Shown here piece after piece: positions 1 to 13,170 of a stretch of DNA of 64,000 bases. The translations under genes and the position numbers were made by a program. A model generated the notes under the pieces. The model saw nothing but the letters and a program-made list of their open reading frames with translations, was not told the DNA's origin and ran no database searches. Source of the stretch: Cetorhinus maximus (Eukaryota); NCBI RefSeq assembly GCF_964194155.1, contig NC_135910.1, positions 15,562,001-15,626,000 of the forward strand. The letters are read 5' to 3'. Within the stretch, counting starts at the first letter, position 1, and every line of letters begins with the position of its first letter.

Positions 1-420
1 GGAACAATAATCAAACAAAATATGACGCCAAGGAGATATTAGGTCAGGTGGCCAAAAGCTTGGTCAAAGAGTTAGATTTTAAGGAGAGTCTTAAAGGGGA
101 AGAGAAAGAGACAGAAGTGGAGGGGGTAGTTCCAGAGCTTAGGGCCGAGGTAGCTGAATGCCTGGGTGCCGATGGTGGAGCGACAAAAATCAGGGATGCA
201 CGAGAGGCCAGAGTTGGAGTAACTGAGAGATTGTGGCAGGTTGTAGAGCTAGAGAAATAGGGAAGGGCAAGGCCACGTAGGGATTTGAACACAAAGACCA
301 AAATTTTAAATTTGAGGCATTGCTGGACCGGGAGCCAAAGTAGATCAGCAAGGGCGGGGGGGTGATGGGTGAGTGGGACAGTGTGAGTTAGGATATACTG
401 AGCCTGATAGACTGAAACAA
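1..420 (-). mobile_element. L2-like LINE 3' fragment
   Basis: Minus ORF contains HTVPLT..LADLLWLPVQQCLKFKILVFVFKSLRGLA (L2 ORF2 C-terminus). Related copies near 3480-3655, 17100-17650, 20110-20380, 26380-26800, 48225-48550 and 59870-60350. Confidence 0.75.
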
Positions 421-1414
421 AGTGAAGGAGGTAGGGAGTCCCTGAGATTGTTCTATCAGGCACAGCCTTCCAATGGCCACCCGCACAAAAAAAAGTTGAA
501 GACAGCGCCCCCGGTGGCTCAGTCGGGTTAAAGCGGCATTGCTGTCAACTCAGGCTGGTGGGTTAGAAAGGTTTTGGTTTGTTCTCCAGTTGGAGGTTCT
601 CTCAGCAGGAGGGAGATGTTGGGTGAAAGCAGTTGTGAGCATGACCATGGGACTCAGCGGTCCCAGGGCTGAAAAACAAAAGGGGGCAACCACCCAGGGT
701 CCCTGTCCAATTGCAGTGCAGGGACACCTACTTGAAAGCATATTTGCAGGTGTTGGCTGCTGCCTTCCCCAGTCAAATAGCCAGTAAACACTCACTCCCT
801 GGACTTGTAGTATCAGCTTGATATCTTTCTCACCTACGAGTCAGAGGCTGTGGGCTAAAATTTCACTCTGGTTTTCAGCACATAATGTAGGCTGTAGTAC
901 TGGGGGAATGCTGCATTGTCAGATCTGCTGTCTTTTGGATTAGATGTTAAACTGTGCTCTCATCTGCCTGTTGAAGATCCCAGTGCACTATCTGAAGAAG
1001 AGCAGGGAGTTAGAACCATAGAAAAGTTACAGCACAGAAGGAGGCCATTCGGCTCATCTTGTCCATGCCAGCCCGAGGACACCTAGGTGCCCTTTCTAAT
1101 CCCACCTTCCTGCACCCGGCCCATAGCCCTGCAGCTTACAGCATTTTAGGTGCAGATCCAGGTACCTTTTAAAACAGTTTAAAGTTTCTGCCACTACCAC
1201 CAACTTGGGCAGCGAATTCCAGACTACCCTCTGCGTAAAAAAGTTCTTCCTCATGTCCCCCCTACACCTTCTGCCACTTATCTTGAATCTATGTCTTCCA
1301 GGGTCCTAACTAAATTTTATTCCTAAACTATGACCAAAAAAGCCACTTGACTGGTCATTCATTTCACTCGCCTCTCGAGTGCAAAGGGATTGCTGTGTAT
1401 ACCAACATAAAAGG

Positions 1415-1848
1415 TTTTGTCTGTATAGCATCTGTCACAATCTCAGGATGTCCCGAAGTGCTTTATAGCCAATTAAGTGTTTCCTGGAAGTGTACTCATT
1501 GTTGCAATGCAAATACAGGCAGCCAATTTGTACACAGCATGATTCCACAAACAGCAATGTGACAATAACCCAAATAACCTGTTTTAGTGATACCGGTTGA
1601 GGGATAAATACTGTCTGGGACACTGGCGAAAGCTCTCCCTCTTTGAAACAGTGCTGCAGTGTCTTTCATGTTCACCTGATAGGATTTTGGTTTAATGCCT
1701 CACCTGAAAGGCTGCACCTCTGACAGTGCAGCACTCACTTTGTACAGCACTGGGATCAATGGCCTGGATTTTGTTTTTGCTCAAGTCTCTGGAATTGGAC
1801 TTGAACCCACAACCTTCTGACTCAGAGGCAAAAGTGCTACAGACTGAC
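1415..1848 (-). mobile_element. SacSINE1-like (Deu-domain) tRNA-derived SINE
   Basis: tRNA-like head with B-box GGTTCAAGTCC, the central ..TGTGCACAAATTGGCTGC.. core and an L2-like tail. Confidence 0.7.
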
Positions 1849-2404
1849 ACTCCAACAAGAGTGTCCAAACTTCACAAAGTAACCCAGAGGCTGGAAAACA
1901 TTTCCGGATGGCCTGAGAATGTGTCAAAGGTGCATCAGGAATGTGATCTCTTTCTTAAGCACAAGAGTTGTTCATGCGTTTAAAATCACGAGAGGTATGG
2001 GCAGAGTAGATAGGGAGAAACTGTCCCTGTTGGCAGAAGGATCGAGAACCAGAGGAGAGTGATTTAAGGTCACTGGCAAAAGAAGCAACAGTGACATGAA
2101 GAAAATGTTTTTATGCAGCAAGTGGTTAGGATCTAGAATTACAGGGCTATGGGCCAAATGGCCTCCTTCAGTGCAGTAACCATTCTATGATTCTACGTGA
2201 GTGGGTTGGATATAGGACCCTCTGGAGCTAAAGCACACCACAGAGAGATGAGGGGAGAAATTGGGAAATAGAGATTGCATATCGAGCTTTGAAATCCTTC
2301 AAAGCCACTCAGCACAGACGGGAAATTGAGATGTCAATAGAGAGGAGAAGGACGACAACAAAGCTGTCCATTCTCACCCAGCGCTCTTCAATAATTCATT
2401 TTAC

Positions 2405-2450
2405 CTCACAGGCAGATCCTGCAGGTTAACAGCGTGATCCATGAAGTAAC
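2405..2450 (-). CDS. SARS2: SARS2 exon 10 (gene continues beyond the left edge)
   Basis: TTCTAG| (G)YFMDHAVNLQDLPV+AG |GTAAAA; 46 nt. The next expected exon (CYRAE motif 2) is not found in 1-2404. Confidence 0.93.
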
Positions 2451-2756
2451 CTAGAAAACAAGAACATCTTTCAACAGGGAAACAATTCCTTCTAACAAAT
2501 TATTCACAGCAGCGAGAGAGGCCATTTAGTTCAACAGATCCACACAAGCCTCTTCCCAGCTTTCATCAAGCCCCATCAACGTATCCTTCTATTCCTTTCT
2601 GCCTCATCTCCCTTAGCTTCCCCTTAAATGCACCTATGCTTTTTGCCTTAACCACTCTTCATGGTAGCGAGTTTCACAATCTTACTGCTCCATGGGTAAA
2701 GAAGTTTCTCCCCAGTTCCCCTATTGGATTTGTTAGGGTCTCTCTCAAGTTTGTTG

Positions 2757-3030
2757 GAGGGCTTGTGATGCAGTGGGTAGTGTCCCTACCTGTGAACCAG
2801 AAGTTCTGGGTTCAAGCCCCACCCCAGGACTTGGTGGCTGTGGAAGGTGCATTAATAGTGCAGCCAAGCAAATCCTTCCAACACACACCAACGGTGGGCA
2901 GCAACAGCAGGAGAGGCTCCTGGTCAGCCTTGCGATGGAAATAACATTGGAGCCTCTACCATCACGATCCACAGCTCCAGACTACAACATGCATAAAGCA
3001 ACCTGAGTGAACTGTAACCCACCACCGCCT
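2757..3030 (+). mobile_element. tRNA-derived SINE (second family)
   Basis: A/B-box head GTGATGCAGTGG..GGTTCAAGCCC; a homologous copy lies on the - strand at about 16660-16965. Confidence 0.6.
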
Positions 3031-4554
3031 TCTCACATATATGCCCCCTAGGTCTGGTCTCAAGTTACCATCAAGCTTGGGTACAAATGGCCAAGTTTAC
3101 AGTCCTCCTCACAATGCTGTCCCTATTACTTGTAGAGTTGTGACTAACAGTGCAACTGGTCATCCAAGTTTGTACCCCCTTGCTCTCTGGCCTGCTTTAC
3201 ACTGCCCTCCACCATCCTGTCTGAAACACACCCACTTCAACCTGCTCCAGCCTCAAGGCCTTTTCAAATCAAGAACATTTTCCCTAAACTTTTGCTCATC
3301 ACTCAAGGCCTCAACACCTTCCTCTTTGCCTGTATTTCTGTTCACCTCCCCCAATTCTGCAGTACACCTTGGTGTCTCATTATGTCCTGTTCAGTTTTAT
3401 GAAGCTTTGGTGTATTGAAAGATCGATATCTCACACCTCAGATTCACTGTGGAAACTTTCTGGTTAAGAGAAAGGGAGTCCCCTCACTAAACCTCCGCAC
3501 CTCACTCTCCCTATCCTTAACAACCTTTTTGGTCAAGCTATTGGGCAATTGCCCTAATATCTCCTTATGTGGCTTGATGTCAATTTTTTGGTTGGCAACA
3601 GTCCTGTAATGTTTTATTACATTCAAGGCGCTATACAAACGCAAGATGTTTTTGTTGATAGAGGAACTTAAATATTACGGTATAAAGTAAAACTCGAATA
3701 TTTTGCCAAACCAAATTGAGAAAGTAAACCAGAGAACAGAAAGTTAAGTTATTGAAAAGTAAATTTAAAACTCATGTACAATGCAATTGTGTCACAGTTG
3801 TTCACTGCTGCAGTGATCAGTCAAATTTGAAACCCTTTAGCACTGAGTGCTATAACTGCAAACCCACTTGTAATGGAAGAATGGCACAGAAGGATATGTT
3901 GGTGGGGTGAGGTGAAGAAAGATGGGAGGAGGTTCATGTGGAGCATAAACACTAGAGAGGGTTGAGTGGCCTATCTCTGTGTCGTAAATACTTTGTCACA
4001 ATGCTCCTTGTGTCAGTTACAGTCCTCCATCCGCGATATTCAAGGCAAAATTTGAGCTCAGGTCAATTTTTATTTTGGTGAAACAAACTAGCCAATGACC
4101 TCTTGTCCGATGGTGAGAACTATTCCACACTGGGTCATATCATGTTGCAAAAGTACAGAGGATTAACACTGCTGCCTGTCTGAATCTTTCAGAAGGCTTG
4201 TGACAAAGTTGAGAGTTTTGCAACCAAGAGCAGTTCTATTATACACATTGTCTCTGAAAACGGAATGTGGTGAGCGGGAGGCACTTTCTTGAAAGCTGAT
4301 CGCCACACGCTGGGCATCGAGGAACCGGGTCCCATGAGTTGAATACCTTCTTCTCCCCTTTTGATTTTTCTTAAGCCCTTATAAGAGCAGCAGCAACACG
4401 CTTGCTAAATGCACAGAACCCTCAGTTTCTGAACTCAGGAACTTGAAGAACTCAAGAACTTGATACCACACACACAAAAACTGACTCTCAGAGAGTATAC
4501 ACTATCTCTGAACAGAAACAAGAGAGAGTACATCTCCCCCAGTGTGGGGCTGAC

Positions 4555-4633
4555 ACTCGCACAAACATACACACGCACATACAGACACACATACATACAC
4601 AGACACACACACACACACACACACAAACACACA
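4555..4633. repeat. (CA)n microsatellite
   Basis: Imperfect ACAC/ACAT run. Confidence 0.9.
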
Positions 4634-5002
4634 CCTGCAGTCTACCTTCAAGCCCCTAGAGCCTGTTCTGTCATTCATTCAGATCAAAGATGACCTGCAT
4701 CTCAACTCCAAACACTTGTCTTGGTTGCATATCCCATCATAACTGAGCTCAACAAAAATCTATTAATTTCAGTCTTGAACTGTACACCCCTGAACGGCCC
4801 AACCTTAACTGCAAAGTCATGTACTGGTCTCTTCCACCCGCAGCACCCCCCACCCCCTCCCCAACCCTATGAGAGGAAATAGTTTCTCCCTATTAACTTC
4901 TTTAAAAACCTCAATTCGATCACCCTTAAGCTTCCATACTTGAGGCGAGACAAGCCCAGCCTATGCAGCTTATTCCTAGTTTGTTCTGAGAGACAGATTT
5001 AC

Positions 5003-5111
5003 CTGCGATGCCAACCTCGGCTGTTCCCGCCAGACAGAGATCTTCAAAGCGAGTAGGGTCGAGCTGGTAAACCAGGGAGGATTTGGCATTGGGCCTCATC
5101 CCGCAGCCCTC
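5003..5111 (-). CDS. SARS2: SARS2 exon 9
   Basis: TTACAG| [36 protein letters not shown]+G |GTAAAT; 109 nt; TxE (TAE) serine-binding motif. Confidence 0.96.
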
Positions 5112-5539
5112 CTGTAAAAACAGGGATTTGAAATTTTACAGCCCCACGCCATGTCTGCCATGTTAAGTAACCAGAGGTCTTAGGTTTAGACTAATTGGCA
5201 AAAGAATGAGGGGGGAAATGAGGAGAAATTTCTTCACGCAACTCATTGTCAAGATCTGGAAACGCACTACTTGAAAGGGCAGCAGAAGCAGAGTTTGCTG
5301 GTAGTTTCAAAAGGCAATTGGTCATGCGCTTGAAAAGGACTAATTTGCAGTGTTATAGGGAAAATGTTAGGATGTGTGATTAAATTGGACAGCTCCTTCC
5401 AGGAGCCAGCACAAGTGTGATGGGCTGAATGGCCTCTGCCTGTGCTGTAGGACTCCACATTTCTAAGTCTATTTTGCATCAGCCAGGTACTAGCCACCAA
5501 TGCGGAGACATTCAGCATCCGGCTGAGACTCTCAGGATT

Positions 5540-5960
5540 CAGCCAGGGCTCAGAGGGTAGCACTCTCGCCTCAGAACCAGAAGTGCTGGGGGTTCAAGTC
5601 CCACGCCGGGACCTCGAGCACATAATCTAGGCTGGCACTCCTACCGTAGGACTGAGGGAATGCGGCACTGTTGGAGGTGCCGTTTTTCGGGTGAGACGTT
5701 AAACTGAGGCCCCCCTTCACACACTCAGGCAGGTGTAAAAGAACCCCATGGCACTGTTGAAAGGAGGAGCAGGAGAGTTATACTTGGTGTCCAGGAAAAT
5801 ATTTATCCCTCAAACAACATCACCAATACAGATTATCTGGTCATTTATCACATAGCTGCGTGCAAATTGGCTGTCGTGTTTCCTACATTACAAAATAAGT
5901 TCTCTATTGGTTGTAAAGTGCGTTGGGGCACCATGAGGTTGTGAAACGTGCTGTATACAG
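5540..5960 (+). mobile_element. SacSINE1-like SINE
   Basis: Near full-length copy: head, GAGACGTTAAACTGAGGCCCC..CCCATGGCACT core and tail. Confidence 0.75.
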
Positions 5961-6123
5961 CAAGGCTACAGCACTCTATGTTTTCTGTAGTAGTGGGCAT
6001 TCTGATGGGGCGAAATGAAGAGGAGTAGGAGGAAGCTCACGTGGCTCTTAAACACCAGCATGGAGCAGATGGGCCGACTGGCCTGTATTCTGTGCTGCAA
6101 ATCCTATGAAATTCTGTACTTAC

Positions 6124-6171
6124 AAACACAGCGCCTTTCAGCATATCCGGCACAGTTATCGGAATGAATCC
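6124..6171 (-). CDS. SARS2: SARS2 exon 8
   Basis: CCTCAG| GFIPITVPDMLKGAVF |GTAAGT; 48 nt; class II aminoacyl-tRNA synthetase motif-1 region. Confidence 0.94.
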
Positions 6172-7600
6172 CTGAGGAAAGAAAAACCCGCAGGTCATGA
6201 GGAAGGACTGAATCCACCTGTTAGCACCATTGCCAAGTTAGGGCGCCCGTGACAAAATAAGCTGACGACAGTAAAGTTTTTCACGCATGAACAGTTACCG
6301 TGGTAACCATTCATGCTTTGTGTAGTGGCAAATTCTGTCTAATCCCTGGGCTGTTGAAGACAATGGCTGTGTTACGTTACACAAAGATTTTAAACTGTTG
6401 GTACGTCAGTTTGAAATTTTGCTCCTCCAACTATCTGCCTTTGCTGACAGCGCGCTCTGACTCACAAAGTGGTGGGTTGAAACTTCACTCCGGGACTTGT
6501 GCGCCTAATCCAAGTTGACCTTCCTGCCTCAGCCTCCTCCTTTGGATGTTAAAGATCCCGTGATCGAATTGCGGAGCTGCCTCGGGTGTCCTGGCTAAAT
6601 TCATCCCTCAACCACTGTCACCAAAAAAAAGGATGACCCCGGTCATTTACCTCATTGCTGTTTGTGGGATCTTCCTGTGTGCAATATGGCTGCCACCTTA
6701 CCCTCCCACTGCATCGCACGGAAAGTGCTTTGGAGCATAACTGAAAAGAGAAAGGCTTGCATTTATGTAGCGCCTTGCAGCTCCTGAAGCGTGCTTGAAA
6801 GCAGATGTAAAATATCCCATGGCATGATTTCGAAGAACAACAGGAGGGTTCTCCCCGGTGTCCTGAGACCAATATTTATTTCTCAATTAACATCGCTAAT
6901 AAACAGATTTTTTTTTTCTGCTCGTGACTACATCCCTGTTTGTGGGAGCTTGCTGTGTGCAAATTGGCTGCAGTGTTCCTTACATTACAACAGTTCCAAA
7001 AAAAAAGTGCTTCATTGACTGCAAAGCACTTTGGGACATCTTGAGATTGTGAAAGTCACTTTAGGAATCATAGGATCAGAGAGACTTGGAGCACAGAAGG
7101 TGGCCATTCCACCCATCATGCCTGTGCTGTCTCTTTGAAAGAGCAGTCATGCTCAGTTCTACAATCTTGCTTTTTGTCCTCTAACCCTGTAAAATTCCTC
7201 ATTCTCAAGCACCTATCTGACTCCCTTTTAGAATTACTTTACGGGATCAGCGTCCACCAGCTTTCATTTTAAAAGCAAGTATTTCTTTTTTTACAACTAA
7301 CTTGCTTTGAAAATCAGCCAAGGGTTCTTCACTTGATCATTATCCAGTGATTGTGCTGGAATCAGGCATGTGTTGGTGTCTGGGAAGGACGAGGTGGGGC
7401 TGATCTGTGCCAGGCATCATGGTCGAGTAGCCTATTGAGGGTTACCATCTAGGCTTGTACAGGTCGGTGTACACCTGCTCGAGATACCGTAGAGTGGTCA
7501 ATATTCATAAAACTCTATCCCTTTAGCAGACGGGAGGGAGAATCAGGGAGAAGGCAGCAAAACAAAGACACTAAGTAGGATTCAAACTCAGGTAGCTCAC

Positions 7601-7706
7601 CTTTTTGAGGAGTTTGCTCATCGTGAATTGGACCAAGGCGAGTTGCAGCTCACTGCCTGCTCCTCGCAGATAGTACGATCGGTGGCCAGAGACATGCGAG
7701 AGTCGT
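7601..7706 (-). CDS. SARS2: SARS2 exon 7
   Basis: GCTAG| [35 protein letters not shown] |GTGAGC; 106 nt; nearly identical to human [17 protein letters not shown]. Confidence 0.96.
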
Positions 7707-7999
7707 CTAGCAGTGAGCAAAGGCAGACAGATTTAGTTTAATATTTAAAATCAAAACCAGCATCTTTTTAACCAATCTTTACAGGGTGTACTCTAACTGG
7801 ACAGTTTCAATCTTTGTTACGACAAATACAGAGAAACGGTTTCTTCGGGGTCGGAGGTGGGGTGGGGGAGCGGGGGTGGAGGTGGAGGGGGGGTGGGGGT
7901 GGGGGTGGGGGTGCGGGTGGAGGTGGAGGGGGTGGTGACTGAATCTAGAGCCAGGTCATTCAGGGATGATGTCAGGAAGTGCTTCTTCAAAGAAAGGGG

Positions 8000-8141
8000 G
8001 AGGTGTCAGCTGTGGCTCAGTTCATAGCACCCTTGCCTTTGAATCAGAGGGTTGTGGGTTCATGTCCCACTCCCAGAAACCAAGAACTGTGATTGTACTC
8101 GAAAGAGTTGCAATCTGTGACTGTTGATAACTCGAAAGAGT
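8000..8141 (+). mobile_element. Short tRNA-head SINE with 14-bp TSD
   Basis: TSD TTCAAAGAAAGGGG at 7986-7999 and 8142-8155, inside a CR1 fragment; tail ACTCGAAAGAGT present twice. Confidence 0.75.
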
Positions 8142-9374
8142 TTCAAAGAAAGGGGAGGGAACATCTCAAACTTTCTCCCCCAAAAAGCTGTCAAGGTTGG
8201 GGGGGTCAATTGAACATTTTAAGACTCAGGTTGATAGATTTTTGCTGGATAAGGATATTGAGGGTAATGGAACAAAGACAGGTGAATGGAGTTAAGATAT
8301 AGATCAGCCATGATCTAATTGAGTGGCTGTACAGGCTTGAGGGGCTGAATGGCCTCCTCCCGTTCCTGTGGAGCTACATGAAAGCTGCAGATGGCACAAA
8401 TACCTCTACTGATGCTACACATCCAAGGTGGTCCCAGATTTAATCAATGGGCAGTACTAAATTCAGGGGCACTGGAGTTGTACACAATTAGTCACAACCC
8501 AAATTTTAAAAAAACAAAATACCCCTCCTGATATCCATTGATCATCCTCCTCCCCACTCTATGCACACTTCATGATCAACTAGAATCAGCTGCGATGGCC
8601 TCCACAGGCGAATGGTTCACCTACTGTCAGATTTCTACACGTGAGGACTGGCAACCCAGAGTGGAGTGTGAGGAGACACCAGGTGCCTGTAAAACCAGTC
8701 ACCAGCACCTAGGAAATGGCAAGAAACCTAAGGCACAATATGAGAGGGGAACAGTGCCATCTTGTGACTGCCTCTAGTTAAACCTGGGAGGCCTTTACAC
8801 CAAGAGCAGCAAATGCACTCGCTGTCCCATTAGGAAACCGCCCCAAGGCCTTATCTTTTGGTCTGAAGAGCAAACCTTTCTTGTAAAAAAAAATTCACAG
8901 AAACACTTAGACCCTCGAGGAAAACTGCAAATCAGGCCTGTAAGGAGCTGCTGTAACAGTGCTTTAAAATGCAGGTCATTGTCAGCTACAGGACAGACAG
9001 TGAGGAGTGGGAACAAGAGACAGAGCTGTCAGCGTGGACAGGTAGAAGCATCGACAATGCCTGCAACTGAGCCACAGGGGCTCCATTTCATTCTTCTCTT
9101 TGCTGTTTGACAATCAATAGGAAGGCAGCTCAAACAATACAATGCTGAGGAGAGGCAGATTCATCGCCTAGAAAAGTACTTACTAGCAGGCAATGGTGCA
9201 CACATGCAATTCGACTTGAGATTAAAATGTGATACCCAGAACGTAAATAGGATCAGGTGTCACAATCTCAGGATAAGGGGTTGGCCATATCGGACTGAGA
9301 CACAGGGAAATTTCTTCACTCAGAGGGTTGTGAATTTTCGGAATTCTCTACCCCACAGAGAGAAAGAAATACAA

Positions 9375-9800
9375 GCATTTATATAGTGTTTTCACCAGCA
9401 CCGGACATCTCAAAACACTTTAAAGCCACTGAAGCGCTGTGTAGTCACTGTTGTAATGTAGGAAATGCAGCAGCCAATTTGCGCACAGCAAGCTCCCACA
9501 ATCGCCAATGTGATAATGACCAGGTAATCTGTTTTTTGTGACGTTAACTGAGGGATAGATATAGGCCAGGATACTGAAGAGGACCGCCTTGCTCTTCTTT
9601 GAAATAATGCCACGGGATCTTTTACAACCAAATGAGGTAAGCAGATGGTTTAACACCTCATCCAAATGATGACGCCTCCAACAGTCCAGCACTGCCTCAG
9701 AACTGCACTGGAGCGTCAGCCTGCATTTTTATGCTCAAGTCTCTGGAGTGGGACCTGAACGCAGAATCTTGCGATTCTGTACTACCAACTGAGCCATGAT
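9375..9800 (-). mobile_element. SacSINE1-like SINE
   Basis: Reverse complement of the family consensus, ending with the head TGGCTCAGTTGGTAG. Confidence 0.75.
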
Positions 9801-10204
9801 TGCTCAGCCATTGGGTGTATTCAAGAGAGAGAGAGCGACAGATTTTTGGGTACTAAGGAACTTGGATTTTGGGGGTAATGCGGGAGGGTGGAATTGGGGT
9901 AGAACATCAGTGATTCTATTTAATGGTGGCGCAGACTCTAGGGGGACAAATGGCCAAATCCAATTTTGATTTCTTATGTCCTTATCAGGGTTGGAGGGTG
10001 GGGGTTGGAATCAGATACAGTCCCTGCTTTCTCACCTATATTTAACACACTGTCACTCACCAGCCGGAATGGCTAAATTATATCAACAGTAGAACTCCTG
10101 GGCTGGCTGGGTCTGCATCACATTACTGTCTGTGGGAGCTTGTTTTGCCCAAATTGGCTGACATGTTTCCTATATTACAACAGTGTCAAAAAGTACTTTT
10201 TGGG

Positions 10205-12415
10205 AAATTGTGTTTAACTAATTTATGTGAGTTCTTTGAGGAAGTAACAAGCAACGTGAATCAAGGGGAGCCGGTATAATTGGATTTCCAAAAGGCATTT
10301 AATAAGGTGCCACATCAAAGGTTACTACACAAGATAAGAGCTCATGGTGTAGGGACTATTAGCATAGATGGAGGATTTTTTTAATAAATATAGGCATATA
10401 AAATGGAATATCAAAATAGGGAAGATACAAAGATAGGTAGGAAAGTAAGTTGTGAAGAGGACATAAGGAGACTACAAAGGAACATAAATAGGTTAAATGA
10501 GTGGGGAAAGGTCTGGCAAATGGAGTATAGTGTGGAAAATGTGAAATTGTCCACTTTGGCAGGAAAAATAAAAAAGAAGCTTATTATCTAAATGGTAAGA
10601 AATTGCAGAGCTCTGGGATGCAGAGGGATCTGGGTGTCCTAGTGCATGAATCACAAAAGGTTAGTATGCAGGTACAGCAAGTAATTAGGAAAGCTAATAG
10701 AATGTTATTGTTTATTGCGAGCGGAATTGAATACAAAAATAGAGAGGTTATGCCTCAGTTATGCAGAGCATTGGTGAGACCACATCTGGAGTATTGTGTA
10801 CAGTATTGATTTCCTTATTTAAGGAAGGATGTAAATGCGTTGGAAGCAGTTCAGAGAAGGTTTACTAGACTATTGCCTGGACTGGACAGGTTGTTTGATG
10901 AGGAGGGGTTGAACAGGCTAGGCTTATGTTTGCTGGAGTTTAGAAGAGTAAGAAGCAACTTTATTGAAACATATAAGAATCTGAGGGGTCTTGACAGGGT
11001 GGATGTGGCGAGGATGTTTCCTCTTGTGGAAGAATCTAGAACTAGGGGTCACTGTTTAAAAATAAGGGGTTGCCCACTTAAGACAGCGATGAGGAAAAAA
11101 ATTTTTCTCTCAGAGGGTCGTGAGTCTTTGGAACTCTCTCCTCAAAAGCTGGTGGAAGCAGAGTCTTTGAATACTTTTAAGGCAAAGGTAGATAGATTCT
11201 TGATAAGCAAGGGGGTGAAAGGTTATCGGGGTAGGTGGGGATGTGGAGCTGAGGTTACAATCAGGTCACCAAGGATCTTATTGAATGGCGGAGCAGCGTT
11301 GAGGGGCTGAGTGGTCTACTCCTGCTCCTAATTCATATGTTTAGCTAACAGGAGGCAGAGGGTAGAAATAAATGGGTCATATTTGGGTCGGCAAGCTGTA
11401 ATTAGTGGAATACCATAGGGATTAGTGGTAGGGCCCCATCTATTCACAATCTATATCAATGACTGTATGGGGCTGAATGGATGGGTGCTAAATTTGCTGA
11501 CAGTACAAAGATAGGTAGAGAGTAAATTGTAAAGAGAACATAAGGAGCTTGCAAAGGGATATAGATAGGTTCAATGAGTGGACAAAAATTTGGCAGATGA
11601 AGTATAATGTGGGAAAATGTGAACTCCTCCTCTTTGGCAGGAAGAATAGAAAAGCAGTATTTTATTTAAATGGAGAGAGATTACAGAACTCCGAGGTACA
11701 GAGGGATCTGGGTGCCCTGGTACCTGAATCACAAAATGTCAGTGTGCAGATACAGCAAATGACTAGGAAGGCAAATAGAATGTTGCTGTTTATTGTAAGG
11801 GGATTGGAATATAAAAGTAGGGAAGTTTTGCCACAGTTAGTTGTACAGGGCATTGATGAGACCACTTCTGGAGTAATGTGTACAGTTTTGGTCTCCTTAC
11901 TTCAGAAAGGATATAAATGCATTAGAAGCAGTTCAGGGAAATTTAACTTGACTGATTCCTGGGATGAAGGCGTTATCTTATGTGGAAAGGTTGAAAAGGT
12001 TGGACCTGTATCCACTGGAATTTAGAAGAATGAGAGATAATCTTACTGAAACATACAAGAGCCTGAGGGGACTTGGCAGGGTGGACGCTGAGAGGATCTT
12101 TCCCCTTATGAGAGAGGCTAGAACTAGGGATCTCTCATTTAAGATAGAGATGAGGAGGATTTTTTTCTCTTAGAAGGCCGTTAGTCTGTGGAATTCTCTT
12201 TTCCAGAGGGTAGTGGAGGCAGGGTCATTGGATATTTTTAAGGCTGAGTTAGATAGATTCTTTATTGACAAGGGAGTCAAAGGTTATAGGGGGTAGACCA
12301 GAAAGTAGAGTTGAGGTCACAATCAGATCAGCCATGATGTTATCAAATGGCAGAACTGGCTTGAGGGGCTGAATGCCTACTCCTGCTCCTAATTCATATG
12401 TTTCTATGTATGTTT
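10205..12415 (+). mobile_element. CR1 (HER1-like) LINE relics: a younger copy (~10420-11340) nested in an older one
   Basis: RT and C-terminal peptides DFQKAF, RDLGVLV, LVRPHLEYCVQ, EAVQRRFTRL; two 3' tails GAGGGGCTGAxTGG.CT.CTCCTGCTCC. The host reads GGAGGATT...TAGCTAACAGG across the insert. Confidence 0.85.
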
Positions 12416-13058
12416 GTATGTTTATTGGCTGTAAATCACATTGGGATGTCCAAATTCACTAATTGTACAAAAGCACATCTTTTCTTTTCGCTCGTCTCCA
12501 GCCAAAGGGACTTCAGGTGAGGGCAGGATCATGGCTATCTAGATAGAGAGAAACTGTCCCCATTGCTGGAAGGGTCAAGGACCAGAGAACACCGATTCAA
12601 GGAGACCGGCAAAAGAAGCAATGGTGACACGAGGAAAAACTTTTTTTTGCGCAGCCAGTGGTTAAGGAACGAACGGCCTGCGAGTGCGGTGGAGACAGAT
12701 TCATTTGAGGCCTTCAAAAGAGAATTGGATAATTATCTGAAGAGAATATATTTGCATATTTATACGGGGAAAAGGACCAGGTGTTTGGAACTGCCGGAGT
12801 GGCTATTAGAGAGAGCCAGAACGGGCAAAACGGGCCAAATGGCCTCCTCCTGTGCTGTAACCATCCTACGAATCTCTGATGTCTTTCATGAACTACTAAC
12901 CATTTGGAACTGGACTGTCAGTCCTCACACATGGAGAATAGGCAGCGTGGCAACCACCCGAAAAATTATGGCCCCACAGAAGTCAGCACCCACCTGTGAC
13001 GAAGGCATGGGAAGAGGGAGGGTAATTAGGAAAATTAATCAACTACAGAGTGAGTGAG

Positions 13059-13170
13059 AGGTGTCAGCTGTGGCTCAGTTCATAGCACCCTCGCCTTTGA
13101 GTCAGAAGGTTGTGGGTTCATGTCCCACTCCCGGAAAAAAGTCAAGAACTGTGAATGTACTCGAAAGAGT
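13059..13170 (+). mobile_element. Short tRNA-head SINE with 15-bp TSD
   Basis: TSD TACAGAGTGAGTGAG at 13044-13058 and 13171-13185; closely similar to 8000-8110. Confidence 0.8.

Noticed and set aside
10403-12173. Clustered RT-like ORFs as an active retroelement or host gene
   Set aside because: They are frameshifted, stop-interrupted, 5'-truncated CR1 relics.
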